A DNA stretch of 64,000 nucleotides from a virus (IMGVR_UViG_3300031133_000383:1-64000); one strand, 5' to 3'; positions 51,865 to 61,344 are shown, counted from the first letter of the stretch. A program made the numbers and translations. Notes: generated by a model from the letters alone, not told the origin.

Positions 51865-52337
51865 ATTTTATTCAATCTTTATTTGAATATGATAATTTTT
51901 TTAATGTAGACGAAGGTTTTATCGTTGATATTGAAAACAATCATTCAGTTGGCCTCTACCTTCATGGTAGGTGTCATTTATTTGCATTGAAATTGCATGA
52001 GATGACCCAGTATCCTCTCAGTGCTTATATTGAACTTGAACCTTGGGATGACAATTACAATATTATGGACAAACCTGCTCTCATTCATGCTTTTTGTATT
52101 CTGAATGATAGTTTATCAATTGATGCTTTTGGAGTTCGTTTTCAAAAAACAGTTGAAGCAGAGTATTGCTTTGAAAGTAATGAACTATTAGTTATTCATG
52201 GAGAAGAAGCTAGAAAACTGCTTGTAGATTGGATAGAAGCTGATTTGTTGTATGATTATGAAGAACATGAAGAACAGGCTTTGGAACGATATATACAACT
52301 TATGATTGATAATAAACTGTTTGTATTGAAATCATGA
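51861..52337 (+). CDS. Putative papain/transglutaminase-like Cys-His-Asp protein
   Basis: GRCHLFA..IHAF..IDAFG ordered triad pattern. Confidence 0.45.
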   Translation: MNFIQSLFEYDNFFNVDEGFIVDIENNHSVGLYLHGRCHLFALKLHEMTQYPLSAYIELEPWDDNYNIMDKPALIHAFCILNDSLSIDAFGVRFQKTVEAEYCFESNELLVIHGEEARKLLVDWIEADLLYDYEEHEEQALERYIQLMIDNKLFVLKS

Positions 52338-52470
52338 ATTGATAAAAAAAAGATATTTGATTGTGTTTTTATCCAGAATAACATCTATATACCATTTCAT
52401 CGTTTTCTTTTGCATTTGAATATTAATCATGATATCATTAAGTAATTAAAAATTCACTGTTGAGGTAGAT

Positions 52471-53133
52471 ATGAATAGTAGTAGAAAATCAAATATCATT
52501 GAAAGTCTTGAAAAAAATATCAGTGCTTCTGGTAAAATTTTGAAATTGACAGAAGCAGCAGACTATAAGCCTTTAGAGCGAGATGATGAGTTCAGGTTTT
52601 TTATTGATGATAATTATTATACTGTTTATTCAAATGATGATATACAACCATCTCACATCTATGATTTATTATTTATTGATGAAGATAGCAGCCTTAGTAT
52701 TTTTGAAACTTTTTCAACATTGAGCAAAGCAGCATTTTTTAAGTGTTTAAATACCTTTTATCAGGATCTTGCATTTCTATATTTTTTTGCTTTTGGGCAG
52801 TCAGCAGACGTAAAGAAACCAGAATCATTGAATGATATTCTTGAAAGTATTTATTATGATGGTGATAACTATTTTTTTCGTCTAACAGTGGGTAACATAG
52901 AAACAGATGCCGTTTTTCTTATCTATTTTGATTTTTTTATTAATACTGAAACACATGATGTTTATTGGGAAAATCGATACAGATCACATATCAATGGTAA
53001 TTTGGTTTCTTTTGATACTTATGATGATTTAAAACAGAGTTTTATTAAACGCTATATATTGAGTCCCCTGAATAAAAGTCAACCCGAACTGGCGTGGAAT
53101 GATTACAAAATTTTGCAGATAATAAATCATTAA
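52471..53133 (+). CDS. Hypothetical protein with C-terminal tag A (Ile variant); tandem paralogue
   Basis: Ends PLNKSQPELAWNDYKILQIINH. Confidence 0.7.
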   Translation: MNSSRKSNIIESLEKNISASGKILKLTEAADYKPLERDDEFRFFIDDNYYTVYSNDDIQPSHIYDLLFIDEDSSLSIFETFSTLSKAAFFKCLNTFYQDLAFLYFFAFGQSADVKKPESLNDILESIYYDGDNYFFRLTVGNIETDAVFLIYFDFFINTETHDVYWENRYRSHINGNLVSFDTYDDLKQSFIKRYILSPLNKSQPELAWNDYKILQIINH

Positions 53134-53141
53134 GGTGTATT

Positions 53142-53825
53142 ATGCATTCCACAGCACTTATAAAATCTTTACGTTCAATCATTAAATATCCTTATCAGAT
53201 AGATGGAATGCGATCACTCAATGATTCATCCGCCATGGTTCAAATATCCAATCTTGATAGGCCAGTAGATAAGTCTATGATAATGTATGTGTCTAAAATT
53301 TATACTCAAAAAAATAAATCAAAATTCTATCTTGAATTTGATGATCCTTTGCTGTTACTTAAATTTAACGATATCTTTGAAAATGAAATTGATTTTTTAA
53401 AAATATCACAAGAGATGTATTACAAGTTTAATTTTATCTATACTTATATACTGGGCAAGTCCGTCAATTATAATGGGTTTCCACACAGTCTCAAAGATAT
53501 GATTGAATATTATGACGCTACACATAGTCAATCAATGGGTAGTTATATATTTAAAACAGTGGTAACCGAAGATAATGATCATGAACCTTTAAAATATATG
53601 TTTATTTTAAGTTATGATATTTGTGAAAACATTTTTAAAATTGATTTTGATTTTTCAATGAATATTTTAACGCCACAAATTAAAACTTACTTTATTGAAT
53701 CTGCTCAAATAGAAAAAGTTATTGATATCCTTGTTTCTCAATATGCTTGTAAACCTTTAGATAAATCTCAACATGATTTATGTTTGTCCGATCATGCTAT
53801 TCTAAAAATACTTAATTATAATTAA
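53142..53825 (+). CDS. Hypothetical protein, paralogue of 52471..53133
   Basis: Ends PLDKSQHDLCLSDHAILKILNYN. Confidence 0.7.
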   Translation: MHSTALIKSLRSIIKYPYQIDGMRSLNDSSAMVQISNLDRPVDKSMIMYVSKIYTQKNKSKFYLEFDDPLLLLKFNDIFENEIDFLKISQEMYYKFNFIYTYILGKSVNYNGFPHSLKDMIEYYDATHSQSMGSYIFKTVVTEDNDHEPLKYMFILSYDICENIFKIDFDFSMNILTPQIKTYFIESAQIEKVIDILVSQYACKPLDKSQHDLCLSDHAILKILNYN

Positions 53826-53902
53826 AACAACAATAATAATTGCTTAATATTTATTAATTGACTTTTTATGATATACTATAATTATCCACAAAAAAATAAA
53901 TT

Positions 53903-55735
53903 ATGAATTTTATTGAGCAAGCAAAATTGTTTGAACGAGCCGAAAATCTTAAACACAACTATCCTGAGAATTATAGTTTAACTTCAATGTTGAAGCTACC
54001 TATTAAAGAACCTTCCTATGTTATTAATGATATTCTTTATGAATTTAAGAAAATGGCGGATAAAAATATTGTTTCTCTTTTAAATATCATCCCAAAAATA
54101 GACAAAAATGAATTCAACGAAGTAACTGATCTTTACAATACTTCTGATTATCATAATCATACCAAAGCGACTACTTCTAACGTTTTAAACTATATAGAAA
54201 ATATTTACAACCAATTTAAAAATATAGCCAATGAATATGGTATTGTTTTCCCAAAAAGTATTGAATTAGAAAAAAATAATATACTACAAGAAGTTGAAGA
54301 TTTTACAAATAAATTTGAACAGTTTTCAGATTTTTTTGAAAAATATAAAGTGATAGAAAAATTTTATGTACAAAACAAAATGAGTCCAGAAGCTGATTTT
54401 TACAGGGAAGAACTGCAAAACACTATAGAAGAATATAGTCATATAGTCAATATTAATATGGCTAAATTTTTTATAAATAATACAGTAAGTCATGGTCAAA
54501 ATTCAAAGGATATTGTATTGTTTCAATTATTTGATAGGCTTTCTATTTTAATTTCAACGATGCAAGATGAAATGAAATCACAAAATCTACAATCGCTGGC
54601 TACAATGGCCAGTCAGTTTATTATTGCTCAATCTATCGATAGCAGTGATGTAAAAAGTTTTCTAACAACAAAAAATTTTAGTGATGATATAGACTGTCGT
54701 ATACAATTGACCAGTTCTCAAAAAATAAGTGAAATGATTAACTTTAAAGATGGATCAACTATTGTCAAACAACGTAATAACCCTTATGAAGAAGTATCAG
54801 TAGATAAAGTTCGAAATGTAACTTATGACTTATTTGACTCTATTATTGATTATAAATTTAGAAAAAAACCAAGAATTGGAACATTGTTCAAAGAGAAGTA
54901 TAAAGAAGAAAGGGGGCTATTATTTGAATATGTTGATGTAGCTATGAATACTTATTTAGACAATGAAGCTATTTTAAAAAATGTTAAATTTGATTTATCT
55001 ATTTTTAAGTCTAAGGATTTTGAAGAAATAGACGATGCAATGAATGCCAGTATCAATACGTATAAAATAGATCGTTATGCCAATACAATATTGAGTACAA
55101 AATATAAACATTTGTTGACAGCAAACGCATTGGAAAGTTTCAAGGAACTTTATGAGGCCAAAATTTCTACAACTGATTTACAGAATTTAATCGGAAAAAA
55201 ACTTGCAGCGATTCAAAGTCCAGAAGAATTTGAGCAGTATCTTGACAAAGTTGTCAAGCAATTTAATGGTTTCAATACAGAAACTCTTTTAACCAAGTTG
55301 TCTTCTTTCAACATTGAACCATTATTATCTGACAATGATGTTTATGTGTTTGAAATCAAAAATTTTGAAGAATCAAAAAATTTGGGTAGTGCCAGTTGGT
55401 GTATTGCTCGTTCTGAACATTATTTTGAAAATTATACAGATTATGGCAATCGTCAGTTTTTCATCTATGATTTCAATAAAAAAGAAACCAGTAATGAGTC
55501 AATGATTGGCATCACAATAAAACAAAATGGTGATTTTCATACTCAGCATTTGAAAAATGATGATTTTATTCGAGCAAATGACTTTTTGAAAGATATTCGG
55601 AAGAGATTGATTTTAAAAGAACCTGAAAAGTATGAATTAAATAACCAATTAAAGCAAGAGCTAGGCATTGAGAACAATAATGATTTCAATGATGAAAAAA
55701 TTGAAAATAAGAAAAAGTTAAAGGTGGTTATTTAA
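53903..55735 (+). CDS. Large protein with C-terminal SWC (PcfJ-like) domain; paralogue of 20688..22493
   Basis: NLGSASWCIAR..NRQFFIYDFN..SMIGIT..HLKNDD; tail KKKLKVVI. Confidence 0.65.
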   Translation: MNFIEQAKLFERAENLKHNYPENYSLTSMLKLPIKEPSYVINDILYEFKKMADKNIVSLLNIIPKIDKNEFNEVTDLYNTSDYHNHTKATTSNVLNYIENIYNQFKNIANEYGIVFPKSIELEKNNILQEVEDFTNKFEQFSDFFEKYKVIEKFYVQNKMSPEADFYREELQNTIEEYSHIVNINMAKFFINNTVSHGQNSKDIVLFQLFDRLSILISTMQDEMKSQNLQSLATMASQFIIAQSIDSSDVKSFLTTKNFSDDIDCRIQLTSSQKISEMINFKDGSTIVKQRNNPYEEVSVDKVRNVTYDLFDSIIDYKFRKKPRIGTLFKEKYKEERGLLFEYVDVAMNTYLDNEAILKNVKFDLSIFKSKDFEEIDDAMNASINTYKIDRYANTILSTKYKHLLTANALESFKELYEAKISTTDLQNLIGKKLAAIQSPEEFEQYLDKVVKQFNGFNTETLLTKLSSFNIEPLLSDNDVYVFEIKNFEESKNLGSASWCIARSEHYFENYTDYGNRQFFIYDFNKKETSNESMIGITIKQNGDFHTQHLKNDDFIRANDFLKDIRKRLILKEPEKYELNNQLKQELGIENNNDFNDEKIENKKKLKVVI

Positions 55736-57360
55736 TGGAACTAAATTTTAAAAAATTAGCTGAGTTTATCTCAGCCTATGTAAAAGAAAATGACTTGATT
55801 AGCAATACAGAATTTCCTACATTGGCCTTGTATAAATTTATTAAAGAATCAAGCCTAGATGATACAGTCAAAACAAATTTGATGTTGACAGATAAAGGCG
55901 TTTTGGTTATTGGGCAATATGATGGCGTTCTGCTAAAGAGTTGTATACGTTTAGATTTTGTAATAAATGCAGATTCAATAGGGTTTGATAGCCAGTATCC
56001 CATAACAGATGATATGATATTAATGGTACATGAAAACACTTCTAAAATGGGAAAAAAAAAGATTATTAACGAAATTAATAAAAAAAACATACTCTCGATT
56101 TATAATGCTTTGGCAACATGTAATAATTTGTCAGATATTTATTCTAATATTCCTGAAAAAGCTATTAATAATGATATTGTTGATCGTGGAATTTATAAAA
56201 TTACAGACATTGTAATAAATTACAATAAATATAAGGAAAATAATAACAATGATTTTGGTCGTAAAGATAATAATTATTTGGAAAGAACATTGAAAGCATT
56301 ATTTAATGCCTGTGAAGTAAATGATGAAATGCAAGGTGAGAAAATAAACAAGTTGGTTAGTCACATTTGCAATGCTGTAAAATCAGGAGATTCTTTAGGA
56401 ACAGATGCTTTATTGAAAAGAGCTAATGCCCAAAAAATAATTGGCGTAAGAGAGGATGTTTTTATATCCAATAAAATTTTTCAATCACTGTCTTTGAAAG
56501 ACTCACTAGCCAAGACATTGTTTGATAGCTTTAATGAAGGCGGTGTCAATCAATTAATCAATGATGTTTATAAACAACATATCATGCCTAATGTACAATC
56601 AAAATATTCTTTATTATCAAAAATGATGTCTAAACAGACTACGTTGGAATCACGATTGGATCAAACAGACGTTAACGACTTAATAAACAGGATAAGAGTT
56701 AAACATCCTTATGCATTTAAAGATAATGAACTGTATTCCTTTAAATATCTACAAAAAGAAAAAGATGATTTATATTCAAACACTCAAGAGTTATCTGGTT
56801 TATTGAACAATTTTGGATTAATCCCTGCTCAACATATAAATGTTTTATTAGAGACTTATACTGATACCTATTATCTTAAACAAGGAAAATTTATTGAAAA
56901 ATTTGATCTCGAAAATTGTATTCAATTTGTAGGAAAAACTGAGATTGCTGTAAAGTATCTTATTACAGGCCATTTAACTGATAATATTTATGATGATCTT
57001 GTAGATAATTCAAAAATAAAAGTATTTAGAGTCTCTTCTATGGTAATGCAAAATGAAGCAGATAACCACTATAATAAAATAGGTTTAGAACAATTATTTA
57101 ATTATTGTAAGAATAATAATTTTGCTTTATTAATTAATCATGATCATCTCGATGAAGAGTTACTTAAAGTCTATCCAGTATTTAAAGAAGTGGCTGCTAA
57201 TTATAAGTCAACTGTTTATTTAATGGATGAAGGTCCCAATTCAGAAGCTATCTTTAAATTATTAGAATGGAGAGATGATTTAAAATCCTTAATTAATAGC
57301 TATAATGAAGTAAAATTATTAAATAAAAAAAATAAAAATTTAGATATTTTCGATTATTAA
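55735..57360 (+). CDS. Large hypothetical protein with degenerate GNAT-like C-terminus
   Basis: TAATG coupling to the upstream gene; VFRVSSMVM..LEQLFNYCK..ALLI parallels the GNAT of 11040..12305 but lacks RGxGxG. Confidence 0.55.
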   Translation: MELNFKKLAEFISAYVKENDLISNTEFPTLALYKFIKESSLDDTVKTNLMLTDKGVLVIGQYDGVLLKSCIRLDFVINADSIGFDSQYPITDDMILMVHENTSKMGKKKIINEINKKNILSIYNALATCNNLSDIYSNIPEKAINNDIVDRGIYKITDIVINYNKYKENNNNDFGRKDNNYLERTLKALFNACEVNDEMQGEKINKLVSHICNAVKSGDSLGTDALLKRANAQKIIGVREDVFISNKIFQSLSLKDSLAKTLFDSFNEGGVNQLINDVYKQHIMPNVQSKYSLLSKMMSKQTTLESRLDQTDVNDLINRIRVKHPYAFKDNELYSFKYLQKEKDDLYSNTQELSGLLNNFGLIPAQHINVLLETYTDTYYLKQGKFIEKFDLENCIQFVGKTEIAVKYLITGHLTDNIYDDLVDNSKIKVFRVSSMVMQNEADNHYNKIGLEQLFNYCKNNNFALLINHDHLDEELLKVYPVFKEVAANYKSTVYLMDEGPNSEAIFKLLEWRDDLKSLINSYNEVKLLNKKNKNLDIFDY

Positions 57361-57454
57361 TTTAATTAATAAAATAAATAAAGTCTTTTTATTATGAAAT
57401 ATGGCTTTTTTAAAAGATTGTGCTAATGTATATTTAATTATACGGGTGATCATT

Positions 57455-58003
57455 ATGTTTCTAGATATAGACTTCTTAAAAAACAATCACGAATTGATTC
57501 ATTTTTTTGGACTGGGTTTTGTCCAAATTAAAATAGATAAAAATCTCAGACTGCATTTTTACCATCCTGAACTACAGCCCATTATTCATGAAGAAGAGAT
57601 TCACAATCATCGATATGATTTTATTTCTACTGTATTGGCTGGAAAACTTACACAGGAAATTTTTGAGATACACGCAGGTGAAAGTGACTTTTACATGGTA
57701 GAAGAAAATTGTAAAGCTGAAAAAATTATCATGCCTGATAAAATTCCAGTAATCGTTAAACCCATTTCTATCCAGCATTTTAAAAAGGGCGAAAGTTATA
57801 CTTCATTAACCAACCAATTTCACAGAGTAGTTACTGATTTTGCTATTACTCGTTCATATCGCGGAGAATCCAACAGTGTAAATGCTCTATTTATCAAAAA
57901 CAAGAATGTTATTGAAGGTGCGTCCATTAGTAAAAAACTTACTTTGGATGAATGCTGGGCGATTGTAGAAAGTTGTATTCATCTTAGTAAGTCTACATTC
58001 TAG
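57455..58003 (+). CDS. Cupin-like (double-stranded beta-helix) hypothetical protein
   Basis: GLGFVQ, LRLHFY, IHNHRYDF.S.VL.G, FHRV. Confidence 0.55.
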   Translation: MFLDIDFLKNNHELIHFFGLGFVQIKIDKNLRLHFYHPELQPIIHEEEIHNHRYDFISTVLAGKLTQEIFEIHAGESDFYMVEENCKAEKIIMPDKIPVIVKPISIQHFKKGESYTSLTNQFHRVVTDFAITRSYRGESNSVNALFIKNKNVIEGASISKKLTLDECWAIVESCIHLSKSTF

Positions 58004-58058
58004 TAGACTTGTTCTCAATAACAATGTATTATTGTTGTCCAGATATAAAGGATTAAAT

Positions 58059-58873
58059 ATGAAAGATTTTATAAGAATAATAGACATCGGTCAGCTAGAA
58101 CTAATTAATTTTAAAAACTCAATTTCACGTCACATAAATATAAAAAATTTTGATGTGGTGTTTGAAATTATTCCTTTTGATATGACAAGAGCCATGGTAT
58201 ATATTCGAGATCTTGAAAATAACACAATGAATAGAGTTGGACAAATTATTTCTTATTTTTCAAACTGTTCATTGCCTGATGATGTCGTTTTTTATTTTTA
58301 TCCTGATTATGTTTTTTTTGAATATTATTCTGGTGATATTAAAGCCATACTGGATATTAGCACATCATTTCATGAGGCTTTTGTACATTATTTTGAAAAA
58401 AGTCATTCAACCTCTATTACTAAAAGAATGCAGTTAAAAGATTTTGAATTCAACATAGCAAATAAACCCAATATTATTTTAGTTGAAAACAGTCATTTTT
58501 CTAATTTGTCGCTTAAATATTTTAACCAATTCATTTTCGATTTCAAAAGAAATGGCGAATTTATAGAAAATATTAAAATGAATTTCAATAATAGTTCTGT
58601 AGATTTATTTAGTAAATCAATGGCTATTGATGGACAACTAGACTTTACATTCACTAAAAAAGAACACTATTGTTTGATTGATAGTTCAGGTAACAATAAA
58701 TTAAAGTTGAATTTGATAATCCTCAAATAGCTACCAGCATTATTGATGATCTATATTATACTGTTTATTATGGATTGATGTTCAAAATGTGCAACATAGA
58801 ATTTATACCAAAACAAGAATTTCTAAAACATAAAGAACACTACAATACTATTTTAGACATCTTTAAACAATAG
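58059..58873 (+). pseudogene. Frameshifted hypothetical protein of tag-A type
   Basis: Main frame stops at 58730. The -1 frame opens at 58700 and reads IKVEFDNPQ...YNTILDIFKQ to TAG at 58873; one A is missing at 58698-58700. Confidence 0.6.
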
Positions 58874-58877
58874 ATAG

Positions 58878-58906
58878 TTGACTTTTGCGATTAAGTGGTA
58901 TATCAT
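58878..58906 (+). promoter_or_regulatory. sigma70 promoter of nadE
   Basis: TTGACT-17 nt-TATCAT. Confidence 0.6.
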
Positions 58907-58958
58907 GCTTATAAATAGAAAATATTGCAGTTAATAATATTAATTAAGGAGATATAAC

Positions 58959-59825
58959 ATGAGTAAACTAATTTATGGTTCCGCAGAATATGAAGCACTG
59001 AAGAAAGAAAGTCTAGCAGAGTTTGGTGTAGTACCCACTGAAAAATTTGATGTTGAAGCAGCGATTCGAGACCGTATTGATTATCTTAAATCTTTTCTGA
59101 AAAGTACAGGTTTGAAAGGGTTTGTGTTGGGTATTAGTGGTGGTGTTGATAGTTCAACTGTTGGCCGTCTGTGTCAGATTGCGTGTGAAGAACTAAGAAC
59201 AGAAGGTTATCAGGCACAATTTATAGCCATGAGGCTTCCAGCAGGTATTCAAGCAGACGAAGATGATGCTCAGGAAGCTATTAAATTTATCAAAGCCGAC
59301 AAAATGATGACTATTAATGTGGGTGAAGCAGCCGCCAATCTCAGTATTCAAGGCGTAGAGCAATTTAAATCAGTAGAAGGTGTTTCGCCCACTGATTTTC
59401 AAATTGACTTTAATAAAGGCAATATTAAAGCACGTCTTCGTATGGTTGCACAGTATCAGGTGGGTGCCATGTATTCTGCTGCCGTTATTGGTACTGATCA
59501 TAATACAGAAGGTGTTTGCGGTTTTTGGACCAAATGGGGAGATGGTGCTTGCGATCTCATTGTACTCAATGGTTTGAATAAAACACAAGTACGCCTCGTC
59601 GCCAAAGCTTTAGGTGCTCCTGAATTTTTATGGAGTAAAGTTGCCACGGCTGACCTTGAAGAACTTGCACCACAAAAAACTGATGAATCTGCATTGGGTG
59701 TTGATTATAATGTTTTAGATAAATATCTTGAAGGTTATGATATTGATAAAGAAGTTGAATTTAAAATTGTTCGTCAATATCAAATCACACAGCATAAAAG
59801 AAAGCCTATTGTAAGTTTTCAATAA
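58959..59825 (+). CDS. nadE: NH3-dependent NAD+ synthetase
   Basis: LGISGGVDS, GNIKARLRM, GTDH.TE..GFWTKWGDG, TADLE..DE.ALG. Confidence 0.95.
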   Translation: MSKLIYGSAEYEALKKESLAEFGVVPTEKFDVEAAIRDRIDYLKSFLKSTGLKGFVLGISGGVDSSTVGRLCQIACEELRTEGYQAQFIAMRLPAGIQADEDDAQEAIKFIKADKMMTINVGEAAANLSIQGVEQFKSVEGVSPTDFQIDFNKGNIKARLRMVAQYQVGAMYSAAVIGTDHNTEGVCGFWTKWGDGACDLIVLNGLNKTQVRLVAKALGAPEFLWSKVATADLEELAPQKTDESALGVDYNVLDKYLEGYDIDKEVEFKIVRQYQITQHKRKPIVSFQ

Positions 59826-59826
59826 T

Positions 59827-59855
59827 AAAGCTCCGAAAGGAGTTTTTATTTTTTT
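59827..59855 (+). terminator. Intrinsic terminator of nadE
   Basis: GCTCC-gaaa-GGAGT followed by a T-run. Confidence 0.8.
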
Positions 59856-59966
59856 AAAGAAAAATCTCATTTAATTATTTTAAAAACGAAAAACATCGAT
59901 TTTATTGGTTTTTTTTGATTTCTTATATTTTTATGCTAGAATGTAACAAAACCATGATAATATAAA

Positions 59967-60218
59967 ATGTCAAAATTCGCAAAAATATTAGAAACAAAGG
60001 ATATTTTCGCATTAAATCTTGATGACTTTTCAGGTTTGGATGACTTTGAAATATCAAAAGGTCTTATATGGAACTTTAAGTATTATTTAGTTCACAATAC
60101 CATTAATATCAATGAGTTGTTCAAAATTTCAGAAAATCAAGTCAATGTATTGATTGATGTTGACAATAATACAGAATTTACTCGAATTATTGATATAATT
60201 TCAAAATCAATAAAATAG
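59967..60218 (+). CDS. Small hypothetical protein
   Basis: 83-aa ORF after extended -10 TGcTAGAAT. Confidence 0.5.
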   Translation: MSKFAKILETKDIFALNLDDFSGLDDFEISKGLIWNFKYYLVHNTININELFKISENQVNVLIDVDNNTEFTRIIDIISKSIK

Positions 60219-60323
60219 TATTAAACCTTATTTATATTGTTTATCGTCAAAAAAACCTTTTGTAGTATATCGCTTGATTAAAAAAAAATATAAGTATATG
60301 ATAACTATAACCACAGGTGACCT

Positions 60324-60926
60324 ATGAATAAAGAAGATTATGAATATTTAATGTCTGAACGTTATTCCATATTGCTTCACGCTGATATAGAGCGTTTTGG
60401 AATGGTTTCATTTATAACTACTCATTTCCACATTCACTACATATATGAAAGCTTGACATTTATCATTACAGATGATGGCACCAATAAAATTATTAAAAAA
60501 TTTAACAAAAATAATCTTGACTATAAATCCAGTCTTTATGGTTTGCCTGCTCAAATCACCTATAATAACGCTGGATTACCCATGTTAATACTGTACAGGC
60601 ATACTGATACTAAAGGAATTCCCAATAAAACAGTTAAAAATTATGCCGTTAACAATGTGTTACTGGATACCAAATATTATTGGTATGATGAAAATGAAGT
60701 TTTATTAAATGAACGATTAACCACTTTCTTTAATCATTTTTTTATGGAAAAAATGTTTGATATTACCATAGATTATGATAATAGCCGTATCATGACTATC
60801 ATCATTCAGGCCATTTTGGAGGGTAAATCAGCAGAGATTGTTGAAGCTTTTAAAGTACTTAATATTAAAAGCCTCGATCATCTTGACCAAGCAGATTCTG
60901 TATTGGTTGAAATGCTTCAGTTATAA
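60324..60926 (+). CDS. Hypothetical protein with C-terminal tag A
   Basis: AGGTG SD; ends DSVLVEMLQL. Confidence 0.7.
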   Translation: MNKEDYEYLMSERYSILLHADIERFGMVSFITTHFHIHYIYESLTFIITDDGTNKIIKKFNKNNLDYKSSLYGLPAQITYNNAGLPMLILYRHTDTKGIPNKTVKNYAVNNVLLDTKYYWYDENEVLLNERLTTFFNHFFMEKMFDITIDYDNSRIMTIIIQAILEGKSAEIVEAFKVLNIKSLDHLDQADSVLVEMLQL

Positions 60927-60930
60927 AACA

Positions 60931-61344
60931 TTAATTTTTTAAACATTTAGCAATATAGTCTTGTTGCTCTTGACTCATCTGGCTAGTGTTTAATGTTTTT
61001 ATGAATGTTTTCAATTCATCAGCTTCTTTTTTATATTTTCTAATGACTTGTTCAGTATGTACAGATTGAGATTGTTTGATACTTTCTTTAATGGCATTAA
61101 CATCCTCTCGTGTTAGTACTGTTAAGTCATTTTCAGGATAAATAATAAATTTTTTACTATCCCAATCAAATCCAAAATGTGCTGATTGTACTTCTTCTAA
61201 TTCCTTCAAATCTACTGATTTTACATTTGTTACGGGGGTTCCCCCAAGACTGCCGGGTCTAAATATCGCAATACCTACACGAATTTTTTTATCTATAGGT
61301 AACTTATAATTATTAATGATCTCAATCAATTCGCCAATTTCCAT
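60931..61344 (-). CDS. Hypothetical protein
   Basis: GSLGGTP, GFDWD motifs; AAGGGG SD. Confidence 0.65.
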   Translation of the reverse strand: MEIGELIEIINNYKLPIDKKIRVGIAIFRPGSLGGTPVTNVKSVDLKELEEVQSAHFGFDWDSKKFIIYPENDLTVLTREDVNAIKESIKQSQSVHTEQVIRKYKKEADELKTFIKTLNTSQMSQEQQDYIAKCLKN

